A stretch of 58,729 nucleotides of DNA from Acidobacteriota bacterium (GTDB lineage Bacteria > Acidobacteriota > UBA4820 > DSQY01): assembly GCA_037445535.1 (NCBI GenBank), contig JBBIKI010000004.1, positions 1 to 58,729 on the forward strand. Reading direction: 5' to 3'. How positions within the stretch are numbered: the stretch's first letter is position 1; the number at the start of each line of letters is the position of its first letter. Below are positions 29,040-38,245 of the stretch, piece after piece. The position numbers and the translations under genes were made by a program. The notes under the pieces were generated by a model that was not told where the DNA came from, did no database searches, and was given only the letters and a program-made list of their open reading frames with translations.

Positions 29040-30368
29040 CTAGGGATTGATGCCTTTGATTCGCCGGTAGAGAGTGGCCCGTGAAATCCCCAGGGCCTCG
29101 GCTGCCTTCTTTGTGTCGCCTCCGGCATGGTGGACCGCTTCAAGAATTTCCGTGGGATTGAGAGTCGCGGAAGGACCTGGATGCCGGCCGGCCAAGCCGT
29201 TGAGGCGTGCCGAATCTTTGAGACCGGGGAAATGCTCGATCCCCAAGGGACCTTTTCGGGACAGGAGGATAGACCTTTCGATGACGTTTTTCAGCTCCCT
29301 CACGTTTCCGGGCCAAGGATAGTGCCGGAGAAGGCCGAGGGCCTCGGGGGTGATGGATGGTTGCGCGGCCCCCAGGCTATCCAGGAAGAAATGGACGAGG
29401 GGGGCGATATCATCTGGGCGGTCACGCAGGGGCGGAATCTGAATGGGGAAGACCTGGACGCGGAAGTAGAGGTCCTTGCGGAACCGTCCCTGGCGAACAT
29501 CCTCAAACAGAGTGCGGTTGGTGGCGAAGAGGGGCCTGAAATCGCTGCGGCGCTCGCGGGTTTCCCCCAGGCGCCGGTAGGATTTCTCCTCGAGGACTTT
29601 CAAAAACTGGGACTGGACCGCAAGATCCATATCACCGATCTCATCTAGAAAAAGCGTCCCCCCGTCGGCCACGTCCAGGAGTCCCTCCCGCCCCTCGTTG
29701 GCGCTGGTGAAGGCGCCCCGGGTGTGGCCGAAGAGCTCGCTGGCGAGAAGGTCGCCTCGGAGGATGGAACAGTTGATCTCCACCAAAGGTTCGGTTCGGC
29801 GTGCGCTGTGTTCGTGGATATAACGCGCGATGACTCCCTTCCCAACTCCCGTTTCCCCCTCCAGGACGATGGGCGCGTCGCTTTCCGCGGCCAGGCCGGC
29901 GAGATGCTTGACTTCCGCCATGGATGGGCTCTCACCGAAGAAGATGCCGGAGCGAGGGGAAAGGCGCTGGTGGGCCCTGCGCGAGCGCCTCAGATGGCCC
30001 AGTTCAAGGCCCTTGCGGAGGAATACCTCCAGGTCCGGCATGCTCACGGGTTTGGCGAGAAAGTGGTCCGCTCCCCTCCGCATGGCCTCCACGGCCTGAG
30101 GGATATCTCCCCGTCCCGTGATGACGATAATCGCCACCTGGGGAAAGGATTCGCGCAGTTCGACGATCCAGTCGAGGCCGTTGCCGTCGGGGAGGTTTAC
30201 GTCCAGCAGAATGGCGTCGAAGCGCGTGGCGGAGAGGGCCTCCCGGGCTTCGGCCAAGTCGGCGGCGCTCCGCACCGAGAATCCGCCCCGTTCCAGGTAT
30301 CGTCCAAAGGAGATCCTGATGGCCTCCTCGTCGTCTACCAGCAACAGGGCGGGCTTCATCTCACGCAT
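29040..30368 (-). CDS. Sigma54-dependent response regulator (NtrC/AtoC family bEBP)
   Basis: Receiver domain; Walker A GETGVGK; SELFGH..GAFTSA; LFLDEIGD; FRKDLYFR; WPGNVRELKN; Fis-type HTH (LGISRATLYRRI). Confidence 0.95.
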   Translation of the reverse strand: MREMKPALLLVDDEEAIRISFGRYLERGGFSVRSAADLAEAREALSATRFDAILLDVNLPDGNGLDWIVELRESFPQVAIIVITGRGDIPQAVEAMRRGADHFLAKPVSMPDLEVFLRKGLELGHLRRSRRAHQRLSPRSGIFFGESPSMAEVKHLAGLAAESDAPIVLEGETGVGKGVIARYIHEHSARRTEPLVEINCSILRGDLLASELFGHTRGAFTSANEGREGLLDVADGGTLFLDEIGDMDLAVQSQFLKVLEEKSYRRLGETRERRSDFRPLFATNRTLFEDVRQGRFRKDLYFRVQVFPIQIPPLRDRPDDIAPLVHFFLDSLGAAQPSITPEALGLLRHYPWPGNVRELKNVIERSILLSRKGPLGIEHFPGLKDSARLNGLAGRHPGPSATLNPTEILEAVHHAGGDTKKAAEALGISRATLYRRIKGINP

Positions 30369-33300
30369 CCTCCCTTGCGGCAGGGAGCCTGAGGGTCACG
30401 GTGCACCCCGGCGGCGGATCGTTGTTCTCGATGGACACCGAGCCGCCGTGCGCCTCTACGATTTGCTGCACCAAGCTCAGGCCCAGACCGGTTCCCCCCT
30501 TTCTCTTCGTGAAGAACGGCTGGAACACTTTGGGGATGTCACTTGGGGCAATGCCCTGGCCAGCATCCCTGACTGTGATGACCACTTGGCCCGCCTCAGC
30601 GCGCGCGGACAAAATGATGCGGCGCTTATCTGGGCTATGCTGGGAAGCGTTCTCAAGGAGATTGAGGATTACCTGCTGCAACTTGGGAGCGTCCGCGTCC
30701 AGAAAGAGGCCTCCGGGCTCAGTAAGCTTCACCAGCACGTCGCAGGTGCCCGGCTTCCTGCTCTGGGCCCAAATCCTGCCGGAAGAGGCGAGCAAATCAT
30801 CAACGGACTCGCGGCGAAAGCTCGCGGTGGGAACGGGCTTGCCCAGCTCGAGCAGGTCACTCATGAGAAGGGCAAGGCGGTCCACCTGGGTGTGGATGAT
30901 ATTCAACATGGGGGCCAGGTCCGGGTTGGAGCGTAGATCCTGGTCAAGGACGTCGGCCGTGGCCTGGATGGCGTTCAGGGGGTTGCGCACCTCGTGGGCG
31001 ACGGCCGCCACCAGCCGCCCGAGGATCTCCATTTCCTGCGCTCTGACGAGCTTCTGCCGCAGGGCCACCTCTTCCGTGACGTCCTTTTCAAGGGCGATGA
31101 AGCCTGTAAGGTTGCCGGCAGAGTCCCGGATGGAGGAGATGGTCGCCTCTTGTTCTATGAGCGCGCCATCCTTCCGGCGGTTGATGAAATGGCCAAGCCA
31201 GACGCCGCCCATCGTGATGGTGTCCCAGAGGTCCTTGTAGAAGGCGCCGTCATGCATGCCGCTCTTCAAGAAACTCGGGTTTTTGCCGATCACCTCGGAC
31301 GCCTCGTAGCCCGTCACCTCCGTGAAGCATGGGTTCACGTACTCGATGGTGCCGTCCATGTTGGCCATGATGAGGGAGACTTGGCTCTGCTCAACGGCCA
31401 TGGACAGCTTCTTCAACCTGGCTTCCAGGGCCCGGCGTGCCTCGATGTCCTCGCACAGGGTCACGGTGCCGATACAACGTCCAGCCTCCGTAACGACGGG
31501 GTCCGTAACCAACCGCACGGGAAACGTGCTCCCGTCCTTCCGAATGTTGAGGCTCTCCCTGACCCAGCTCTTTTGTTCCGCGGGAGGGCGTCCCCAGAGA
31601 GTCTTAGGGGAAAGCGCGCGGGCCTCCCTGCCCAGCAGCTCCTCGGCGCTCTCGTATCCGTGCATTTTCGCCTCGGCCTGGTTGGTGTATAGGATGACGC
31701 CTTCGGGGTTCGTGATGGTGACGCCAAGCTGCATGGTTTCGAAGGCTTTGCCCTGTAGCCGCAGGAGGTTCTCGCGCCGCGTTCGCTCGGTGATGTCGCG
31801 GAAGGCTGATTGAATGGCCGGATGCCCCTGGTAAGTCAGCGGGCCAGAGGCCACCTCCACCGGGAAGGAACTTCCATCCATGCGCAAGAACGTCTCCTCC
31901 ATCAGGGGCACCGGCTTGCCATCCCTGAACATGGCGGACACTCGATCCCTCACCGTTCTCCTGAAGTCAGGATGCACAAACTTCATAAGAGGCTTTCCCA
32001 GAAGATCCGCGGCGCTGTCCGCACCTGTTAGCCTAACGCAGGCTGGATTGACAAAAACGATCCGCCCTCCCGAATGCACCACGATGGCGTAGGGTGACAG
32101 CTCGACCAGCAGGCGGTATCGTTCCTCACTCTCACGCAGGGCCTCTTCGGCGCGCTTCCGCTCCGTAATATCCTCCAGGGTTTCGAGCGCGCCCATGGTC
32201 TGGCCGTTGGAATCCCGGATGGCGACGGCGGTGAAGGAGAGCCAGCGGCCATGGCTCCCAAGAGCGGGGAAGAAATCGGTGGCCAGAAAGGCACCCTTTA
32301 GGAGGTTTGAAGGGCCCGCCTTTCCTTCGTACAGGGTTGAGATATCCGGAATGCTATCGCCCACCAGCAGGTCGGCCAAGCAGGGCCGCTCTTCCGGGTA
32401 GAATGCCGTCCAATGGCGGTCGGTACCGACCACATCTTTCGCCATAATTCCGGTGCAAGCCTCGAGTGCACGGTTCCAATAGACGACTCGGCGGTCTCTT
32501 CCGATAAAGAACTGCGGGATGGAGGAGCCTTCGATCACGGCTTTCAATTGCTTCTGCGCCTCAAGAAGCCGGTTCTCAGCTTCCTTGCGGTCCATGATGT
32601 CGGTGACCAGGCCCTCCACCGCCACGATTGTGCCTTCTGCATCGCGGACCGCCCCCAAGCTAAGTGACACCCATACATAGCCGCCATCCTTTCGGCGGAA
32701 CTTGGCCTCGACGCCACGAACGGGGCCCTTCGCCGTGAGCCGCTGAATAAGGGTTTTCCGAAGATCTTCATCGGCGTAGATCTGTTTCCCCACATCCGTG
32801 ACACGGGCCAACAGATCTTGGACGCTGTTGTCTCCAAGCATCCGGGCCATGGCAGGATTGGCATCGAGGATCAATCCCTCGCTGGTGGCCAGCATGATGC
32901 CCTCGTTGGCGTTTTCGAAGATCCCGCGATACCGCCCTTCCGCGTCCCTGCTGTGCGTGATGTCCTCGCAGGCCAGGAGAATGACCGGCGCGCCTTGGGG
33001 AGGGCGGATCGCGCGGGCCGCTGTCTTCACCCAGAGGAGGCTGCCGTCCTTGCGTACCTTACGGCCTTCCCAGTGCGCCACTTCGCCTTCATGCTCCAGC
33101 CTTCCCTCGAGGTGCTCGCGGAGCCCGTTCCGGTCCTCCATGTGGCAAATGCGGTCGAGCGGCCGGCCCACCAATTCGCTGGCGGTATATCCAAGCTGTT
33201 CCGCTCCGGATCTGTTGACGGAGAGAATGATGCCCCGTGGATCCACCATGAAGTAGACGGCCGGATTGTCCTCGTAGAGGACGCGATGGCGCTCGTCACT

Positions 33301-33834
33301 CAGGCGGATCGCCTGCTCATCGCGAAGGCGCACGAGGGCCGGGGCAAGAAGGCCCGCCAAGGTGACCAGAAGATGCTCATCAGCTGTCTTGAAGGCGTTC
33401 AAATCGGGGCTCTCGGCGTTGATGACTCCGAGGACCCGCCCGCCAGCTTTGAGGGGAACGCACAGTTCGGAGCGGGTTAGGGGATTGCCTTCAAGATAAG
33501 CGGGCTCTTTGCTGATGTCGGAAGCCCTGATGGGCAGGCCGCTGGCGGCCACGGTCCCCACGATGCCCTCGCCCAGCCTCAATGAGAGCTCTTTCCCCCC
33601 TTCCTGGTACCGGTAAGACAGGTGATCACGGAGCGTCCCTGTCTCTTCCTCTAGAAGCACGATTCCGAAATTCGAGAGGTGAAAGGCACTGCTGATGGTT
33701 TCCGTGACGCGCTCGATCAGCCGGTCTTCGCTAGGTTCCTCGATGCAGGCCGCGGCCACGGACCGCAGCGCGGAGAGTTCCTCTTCCAAGAAAGCGGGCC
33801 GTGTTTCGCGCGGAGGTGGTCTCTTATGGCTCAT
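30361..33834 (-). CDS. Cytoplasmic sensor histidine kinase (GAF + six PAS/PAC + HisKA + HATPase)
   Basis: GAF (TRSELCVPL...VLGVINAES), six PAS starts, H-box AHEVRNPL, QVILNLLENA, DAGQGI, FFTKRKGGTGLGL. No TM segment. Overlaps the bEBP start. Confidence 0.93.
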   Translation of the reverse strand: MSHKRPPPRETRPAFLEEELSALRSVAAACIEEPSEDRLIERVTETISSAFHLSNFGIVLLEEETGTLRDHLSYRYQEGGKELSLRLGEGIVGTVAASGLPIRASDISKEPAYLEGNPLTRSELCVPLKAGGRVLGVINAESPDLNAFKTADEHLLVTLAGLLAPALVRLRDEQAIRLSDERHRVLYEDNPAVYFMVDPRGIILSVNRSGAEQLGYTASELVGRPLDRICHMEDRNGLREHLEGRLEHEGEVAHWEGRKVRKDGSLLWVKTAARAIRPPQGAPVILLACEDITHSRDAEGRYRGIFENANEGIMLATSEGLILDANPAMARMLGDNSVQDLLARVTDVGKQIYADEDLRKTLIQRLTAKGPVRGVEAKFRRKDGGYVWVSLSLGAVRDAEGTIVAVEGLVTDIMDRKEAENRLLEAQKQLKAVIEGSSIPQFFIGRDRRVVYWNRALEACTGIMAKDVVGTDRHWTAFYPEERPCLADLLVGDSIPDISTLYEGKAGPSNLLKGAFLATDFFPALGSHGRWLSFTAVAIRDSNGQTMGALETLEDITERKRAEEALRESEERYRLLVELSPYAIVVHSGGRIVFVNPACVRLTGADSAADLLGKPLMKFVHPDFRRTVRDRVSAMFRDGKPVPLMEETFLRMDGSSFPVEVASGPLTYQGHPAIQSAFRDITERTRRENLLRLQGKAFETMQLGVTITNPEGVILYTNQAEAKMHGYESAEELLGREARALSPKTLWGRPPAEQKSWVRESLNIRKDGSTFPVRLVTDPVVTEAGRCIGTVTLCEDIEARRALEARLKKLSMAVEQSQVSLIMANMDGTIEYVNPCFTEVTGYEASEVIGKNPSFLKSGMHDGAFYKDLWDTITMGGVWLGHFINRRKDGALIEQEATISSIRDSAGNLTGFIALEKDVTEEVALRQKLVRAQEMEILGRLVAAVAHEVRNPLNAIQATADVLDQDLRSNPDLAPMLNIIHTQVDRLALLMSDLLELGKPVPTASFRRESVDDLLASSGRIWAQSRKPGTCDVLVKLTEPGGLFLDADAPKLQQVILNLLENASQHSPDKRRIILSARAEAGQVVITVRDAGQGIAPSDIPKVFQPFFTKRKGGTGLGLSLVQQIVEAHGGSVSIENNDPPPGCTVTLRLPAAREDA

Positions 33835-34018
33835 GGCCCGCGTCTACGCCAGAAAATGACGGAGCTCAAAGTGCCTCCTCTCTCCGCTCTTTATCATTCT
33901 AGAAGAGAGAGTACCAGAGACGCTGCTGGGAGGCAAGGCACCGCCGGTGCTGTCACCTCGCTGCCACACTTCGGCCAAAGAGGCGTAGCCTGTTTTCCGC
34001 CCGCAACCCTGCCGGCTG

Positions 34019-34048
34019 GAAAAGGTAAGGGGCCCCTGCAGGGCCCCC
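34019..34048 (-). terminator. Probable intrinsic terminator of the Fe-S oxidoreductase gene
   Basis: GGGGCCC/GGGCCCC stem followed on the minus strand by TTACCTTTT. Confidence 0.5.
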
Positions 34049-34081
34049 TAGACGAAAGCATGGAGAACACGGCTTCTGGCT

Positions 34082-36121
34082 TTAGTTCGATAGAGCCTTG
34101 GCCGCGAGTTCAAGCACGTCGGTGGTGGCGAAGCCTTCGTGGCCGGTCTCGCCGGCGGCGTTGTTGAGCATGACGTTGCAGAAGGGGCAGGCCACGGCCA
34201 CGCCTTCGGCCTTGGTTTCCATGGCCTGCTCGAGGCGCAGGTGGTTGATGCGGGAGCCGAGTTTCTCCTCCAGCCACATGCGTCCGCCTCCCGCGCCGCA
34301 GCACATGGCTGCTTCGCCGTGCTGCTTGATCTCCGTAAGCTTCACGCCGGGGATGGCCTTGAGCAGGGTTCGGGGGGCCTCCACCACGCCGTTGTACCGT
34401 GCCAGGTAACAGGGATCGTGGTACGCCAAGCTGGCCTTCACTTCCTGGGTCAGTTTCAGACGTCCGCCGGCTACAAGTTTGGCCACGAGCTCCGTGCCGT
34501 GGACGACCTCGAAATTGCCGCCGAAGGCCGGATATTCGTTCTTGAGGGTGTTGAGGCAGTGCGGGCAGTTGGTGACGATCTTCTTCACTTTGTACCCGTT
34601 GAGGGTCTCGATGTTGGTCTCGGCGAGGGTCTGGAAGAGGTATTCGTTGCCCAGCCGGCGGGCGCTGTCTCCCGTGCAGGTTTCTTCCGGGCCGAGGATG
34701 GCGAACTTGACGCCCGCCGCCTTGAGGAGCTTGGCGAGGGCCGCGGAGACCTTCTGCCCGGCCGCGTCGTAGGCGCCCGCGCAGCCCACCCAGAACAGGT
34801 ATTCCGCCTCGGGTTCCTCGGCCATGACGGGCACATCCAGCCCTTCCGCCCACTTGCCCCGGTCGGCCTGCGGAAGGTTCCACGGGTTGCCCTGGCGCTC
34901 CATGCCCTTGAATCCGATCTGGGCCTCAGCCGGGAAGTCGCTTTCCTCCAGCGTAAGGTAGCGCCGCATCTGGACGAGCTTGTCCACGAAGGTGATGTGG
35001 AGCGGGCAGGCCCACTCGCAGTAGCCGCAGGTGGTGCACGCCCAAATCGTGTCCCGGCTGATCTTGCCGCCCAGCTCCTTCTCGCCCCACGGAGGCTCGT
35101 CGTGGCCGAGTTCCCACTTGGCCCCTTCCGGCACGTGGCCGCCGATGAGGAGCCTATCCTCGGGCACGGGCTTGTCCTGCTTCATCTGCTCCAGCGGCGT
35201 GGCGTAGAGGTAATCCCGCAAATCGTTGCCGTAGTTCTTGGGCCGAAGGGGCTTGCCCGTGAGGGTCGTGGGGCAGACCTCCTTGCACCGTCCGCACTCG
35301 GTGCAGGTGTAGAGGTCTAGCATCTGCTTCCAGGTGTAATCCTGGATACGGTTCGCGCCGAAGTGCTCCACCTCGAGGTCCATTGTCTTGATGTTCTTGT
35401 TCGGCTCCAGCTCCCGGAAGTAAATGTTGAAGAGGGCCGTGAGCACATGGAAGTGCTTGGAGTAGGGGAGAAAATTGAGGAAGCCGAAGAGGATGGCCAA
35501 GTGCAACCACCACATGGTCATGTAGAAGCCGGGCAGCGCCGCCGGCGCCATGCCCGAGAGGAGGCCAGCCATGGCGTCGCCTGCCGGCGACCAGGAGGCC
35601 CATTCGGGCTTGTGCAGGAGGATGTAGGCTCCGTCCGCGAGCAGGTCCGTCACCATGAGGCCGCCGATGAGGCTCAGCGTGGCCCATGCGTCCGGAGAGT
35701 TGTCCAGACGGGCCGGACGGAAAAAGACCCGCCGGAGCATGGCCATGCCGATGCCCACGATGACCAGGATCTCGAAGACGTCCTTCGTGAGCTGGTAGCC
35801 CAGGCCCCAAGGCCCCAGGGCTTCGGTCATGTGGAAGGAGGGGAAGAGGCCCTCGGCCACGAGGCCCAGGGAACGCAGGGCCAGGACGCAGAAGCCCCAG
35901 AAGATGAGCAAGTGAAAGAAACCGGCGTAGCGGTCCCGCACCATGCGCTTTTGGACGAAGGCGTAGAGAAGGAGCCCCTTCAGCCGCTTCCAAGGATGGT
36001 CGAAGCGGTTGTCCGGAAGGCCCGCCAGGAGGGCGCCGATGCGGCGCTGGGCGGTGTTGGCGAACAGAGCCAGCGAGCCGATGACGAAGACCCAGAACAG
36101 GATCGTCTGAACGGAATGCAT
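34082..36121 (-). CDS. fadF: Membrane-bound Fe-S oxidoreductase, FadF/heterodisulfide-reductase-like
   Basis: N-terminal multi-TM region (HLLIFWGF, WWLHL, PYSKHFH), two 4Fe-4S motifs (CTECGRCKEVCP, CTTCGYCEWACP), CCG domains (CTG, CPHC, HDPCY, CCGAGGG, ACPFC). Confidence 0.85.
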   Translation of the reverse strand: MHSVQTILFWVFVIGSLALFANTAQRRIGALLAGLPDNRFDHPWKRLKGLLLYAFVQKRMVRDRYAGFFHLLIFWGFCVLALRSLGLVAEGLFPSFHMTEALGPWGLGYQLTKDVFEILVIVGIGMAMLRRVFFRPARLDNSPDAWATLSLIGGLMVTDLLADGAYILLHKPEWASWSPAGDAMAGLLSGMAPAALPGFYMTMWWLHLAILFGFLNFLPYSKHFHVLTALFNIYFRELEPNKNIKTMDLEVEHFGANRIQDYTWKQMLDLYTCTECGRCKEVCPTTLTGKPLRPKNYGNDLRDYLYATPLEQMKQDKPVPEDRLLIGGHVPEGAKWELGHDEPPWGEKELGGKISRDTIWACTTCGYCEWACPLHITFVDKLVQMRRYLTLEESDFPAEAQIGFKGMERQGNPWNLPQADRGKWAEGLDVPVMAEEPEAEYLFWVGCAGAYDAAGQKVSAALAKLLKAAGVKFAILGPEETCTGDSARRLGNEYLFQTLAETNIETLNGYKVKKIVTNCPHCLNTLKNEYPAFGGNFEVVHGTELVAKLVAGGRLKLTQEVKASLAYHDPCYLARYNGVVEAPRTLLKAIPGVKLTEIKQHGEAAMCCGAGGGRMWLEEKLGSRINHLRLEQAMETKAEGVAVACPFCNVMLNNAAGETGHEGFATTDVLELAAKALSN

Positions 36122-36171
36122 CCCTCTCCTCCCCTCGTTGGTGTGAGTGCGCTCCGGCGCACGACAGGGTC

Positions 36172-36204
36172 AGGATAGGGCGGCGCGGGGGGTGTTGTCA
36201 ACAG
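36172..36204 (-). promoter_or_regulatory. Sigma70-type promoter with 19-bp spacer and a dyad over the -35
   Basis: TTGACA (36197-36202), N19, TATCCT (36172-36177). Dyad TGTTG-T-CAACA at 36194-36204. Confidence 0.45.
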
Positions 36205-36290
36205 GGGTGTGAATACATACTCGCATGAGGCATCCTTGCGAAATTGCTATGGGAGTAAGGACGGAGTGGCCTGTAGAAAGCGCACCTTCG

Positions 36291-37445
36291 CTACCGTTGT
36301 TCGACCGGATGACCCTCGCCTTGGGGAGGAAGAAAGCCGATCAGGCCCTCCTTGGCGAGTTTCTTAAAGATCATCAGCGCCTGGATTTCCTGGATAGGAG
36401 AGATGCGGATGATGGACTGCACGGAGGTCATCCCGTTGATGCGGTTCAGGATGTAGTTCTCCTGGGGTGTGAAGGAGAGTTCGTTCAAATCGCCGAGGGA
36501 CCGGCGGAGGTAGGGCAGGTGTTCGATGGAAAACTCGTCCGTGACGAGGCTCGCCTTAATCTCTTTGTAGGCTTTGGAAATCATGGAGTTGGCCAGAGCG
36601 TGGCGGGGCTGGAGTAGGAGGACCTGCTTGAAGGTCTCGATGGCCTGCTCGAACTCCCCCGCGTTGAACTGCTTCAGCCCGTTGTTGGCCAGACTCCGGC
36701 CTTGTTCCTCCAGGAGAACTTCGGAGGGCCGCGGCGGGGGCGGCACGTCGAGCACCTCCACGATGCCCATCCTGTACATGTCGTAGAGGGTCTTGCTCAC
36801 GGCGAAGTCCGAGGCGTGAAACATGAGGCACAGATCGCTGATGCGTTTAGGGCTTTCGAGGAGTTGAACCATGCGGTTGTAGAGCGGGTCTGAAAGAATG
36901 GACCTCGTGAGGACTTCGGGCAGGATGCGGAGCACCGCTTCGGAGGAGGGGAAGATATTCCTGATGCGCGCCCACTCGTCCGAGCGGCGGGTTCCCTCCA
37001 TCAGAATGGAGGTCACGTCCATCTCGATGGCCACGTGGGTTTCCTGGGCCGGCGCGTCGTTGTAAAACTTGAACGAGCCTTCATCCCAGAGGAAGAGGTC
37101 GTAGATGGTCTCCTCTGCTTTGATGCGGAGGAACCGCTGCACTTCGTCCTCTTGGAGGAGACCGTCCATGACCAGGAGCCGGCCCAACTTGATCCCCGTG
37201 TCTCCCTGTTTCTGGAACGCCCGCATGAGGTCTTCCTCGGCGATCTTGCCGTAGGAGAGGAGAAACTGCCCGAAGTATTCGCGAGGGTCGTTGCTGGCCG
37301 AAGCCACGATCTTGCCCAGGCGGAAGTAAATTTCCTTCACGATATCCCGGCGCTGCAAGAGGAGGATTCCCGTCTTCTGGCTGATGGCCATCCACTGGAG
37401 GAGGTCGGGCAGCGGCATGGTGGCGAAGTCACCGAGCAGGCTCAT
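36291..37445 (-). CDS. DUF4388 domain protein with TPR
   Basis: N-terminal G.F..MPLPDLLQW....KTG.L...KEIYF..G.IV.A (DUF4388 pattern) and TPR-like GLKQFNAGEFEQAIETFKQVLLLQP. Confidence 0.8.
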   Translation of the reverse strand: MSLLGDFATMPLPDLLQWMAISQKTGILLLQRRDIVKEIYFRLGKIVASASNDPREYFGQFLLSYGKIAEEDLMRAFQKQGDTGIKLGRLLVMDGLLQEDEVQRFLRIKAEETIYDLFLWDEGSFKFYNDAPAQETHVAIEMDVTSILMEGTRRSDEWARIRNIFPSSEAVLRILPEVLTRSILSDPLYNRMVQLLESPKRISDLCLMFHASDFAVSKTLYDMYRMGIVEVLDVPPPPRPSEVLLEEQGRSLANNGLKQFNAGEFEQAIETFKQVLLLQPRHALANSMISKAYKEIKASLVTDEFSIEHLPYLRRSLGDLNELSFTPQENYILNRINGMTSVQSIIRISPIQEIQALMIFKKLAKEGLIGFLPPQGEGHPVEQR

Positions 37446-37456
37446 GGCGTTAGTAT

Positions 37457-37505
37457 AAAGGGGAAAAGGGAAAGGCGGAAGGAGGAAAGAAGGGGACAGG
37501 GGACA
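37457..37505. repeat. Purine-rich intergenic heptamer array
   Basis: AAAGGGG-AAAAGGG-AAAGGCG-GAAGGAG-GAAAGAA-GGGGACA-GGGGACA. Confidence 0.55.
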
Positions 37506-37536
37506 GGACGCCGGCAGGGGGGAGTTGTGCGCGGAC

Positions 37537-37575
37537 GCAAAACGGGGTGCCGGGCGGTCTCCCCCTCGGCACCCC
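37537..37575 (-). terminator. Intrinsic terminator after rplT
   Basis: 9-bp stem GGGGTGCCG/CGGCACCCC followed by GTTTT on the minus strand. Confidence 0.6.
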
Positions 37576-37599
37576 TTGGGTTTCGTTCTTCCAACCGGC

Positions 37600-37956
37600 T
37601 TACGCGATGGCCTTCTTGGCGGTTTCGCAAAGCACCGTAAAGGCGGCCGCGTCGGTGCGGGCGATCTCGGCCAGGGACTTCCGGTTGAGCATGATGTCGG
37701 CCTTTTTGAGGCCGTCCATGAACCGGCTGTAGCTCATGCCGTTCTGGCGGCACCCCGCGTTGATGCGGGTGATCCAGAGGCGGCGGAAGTCGATCTTGCG
37801 GACCTTCCGGCCCGCGAAGGCGAAGACCAGCGAGCGCTCCACTTGCTCCTTCACCGTTCTGTAAAGGCGGTGTTTGGAGCCGAAGTATCCCTTGGCAAGC
37901 TTCATCAGTTTCTTGCGGCGCTCCACTTTGTGGTGGCCGCGGCGGACTCTAGGCAT
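37600..37956 (-). CDS. rplT: 50S ribosomal protein L20
   Basis: MPRVRRG...AKGYFG...RKIDFRRLWITRINAG..YSRFM.GLKKA.I.LNRKSLAEIA. Confidence 0.99.
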   Translation of the reverse strand: MPRVRRGHHKVERRKKLMKLAKGYFGSKHRLYRTVKEQVERSLVFAFAGRKVRKIDFRRLWITRINAGCRQNGMSYSRFMDGLKKADIMLNRKSLAEIARTDAAAFTVLCETAKKAIA

Positions 37957-38026
37957 CGGGTCATCTCCTCAGGCGCCTCCAGATGGAGCGCCGGTTTTCT
38001 ACGCGCTTGCGGGCAAGCGCCGGTCC

Positions 38027-38224
38027 TTAAGCGTAGGGAAGGAGCCGTTTCACCTTGGCGTGGTCGGCCGTGTCCACTGTATCGGCCGCCTGGAGGCGGT
38101 TTTTCCGCTTGCGGTCCTTGGAGGTGAGAATGTGGCGGTGGAACGCCTTGAACCGTTTGAATTCGCCCGTGGCCGTCGCTTTGAATCGCTTGGCCGAGGC
38201 TCGGTGGGTCTTCATCTTGGGCAT
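38027..38224 (-). CDS. rpmI: 50S ribosomal protein L35
   Basis: MPKMKTHRASAKRFKAT.TG...HIL..K..KRK.RL. Confidence 0.99.
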   Translation of the reverse strand: MPKMKTHRASAKRFKATATGEFKRFKAFHRHILTSKDRKRKNRLQAADTVDTADHAKVKRLLPYA

Positions 38225-38245
38225 GGCGCGGCTCCTAGATTCTTC

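Noticed and set aside
29700-29730. GAFTSA instead of GAFTGA as a sign of a sigma54-independent activator
   Set aside because: The critical F and T are retained and a perfect sigma54 promoter is adjacent.
19042-33939. 8-bp direct repeat GGCAAGGC at 19042 and 33932 flanking the signalling block (possible att/TSD)
   Set aside because: A shared 8-mer between two GC-rich spacers is expected by chance, and there is no integrase or transposase.
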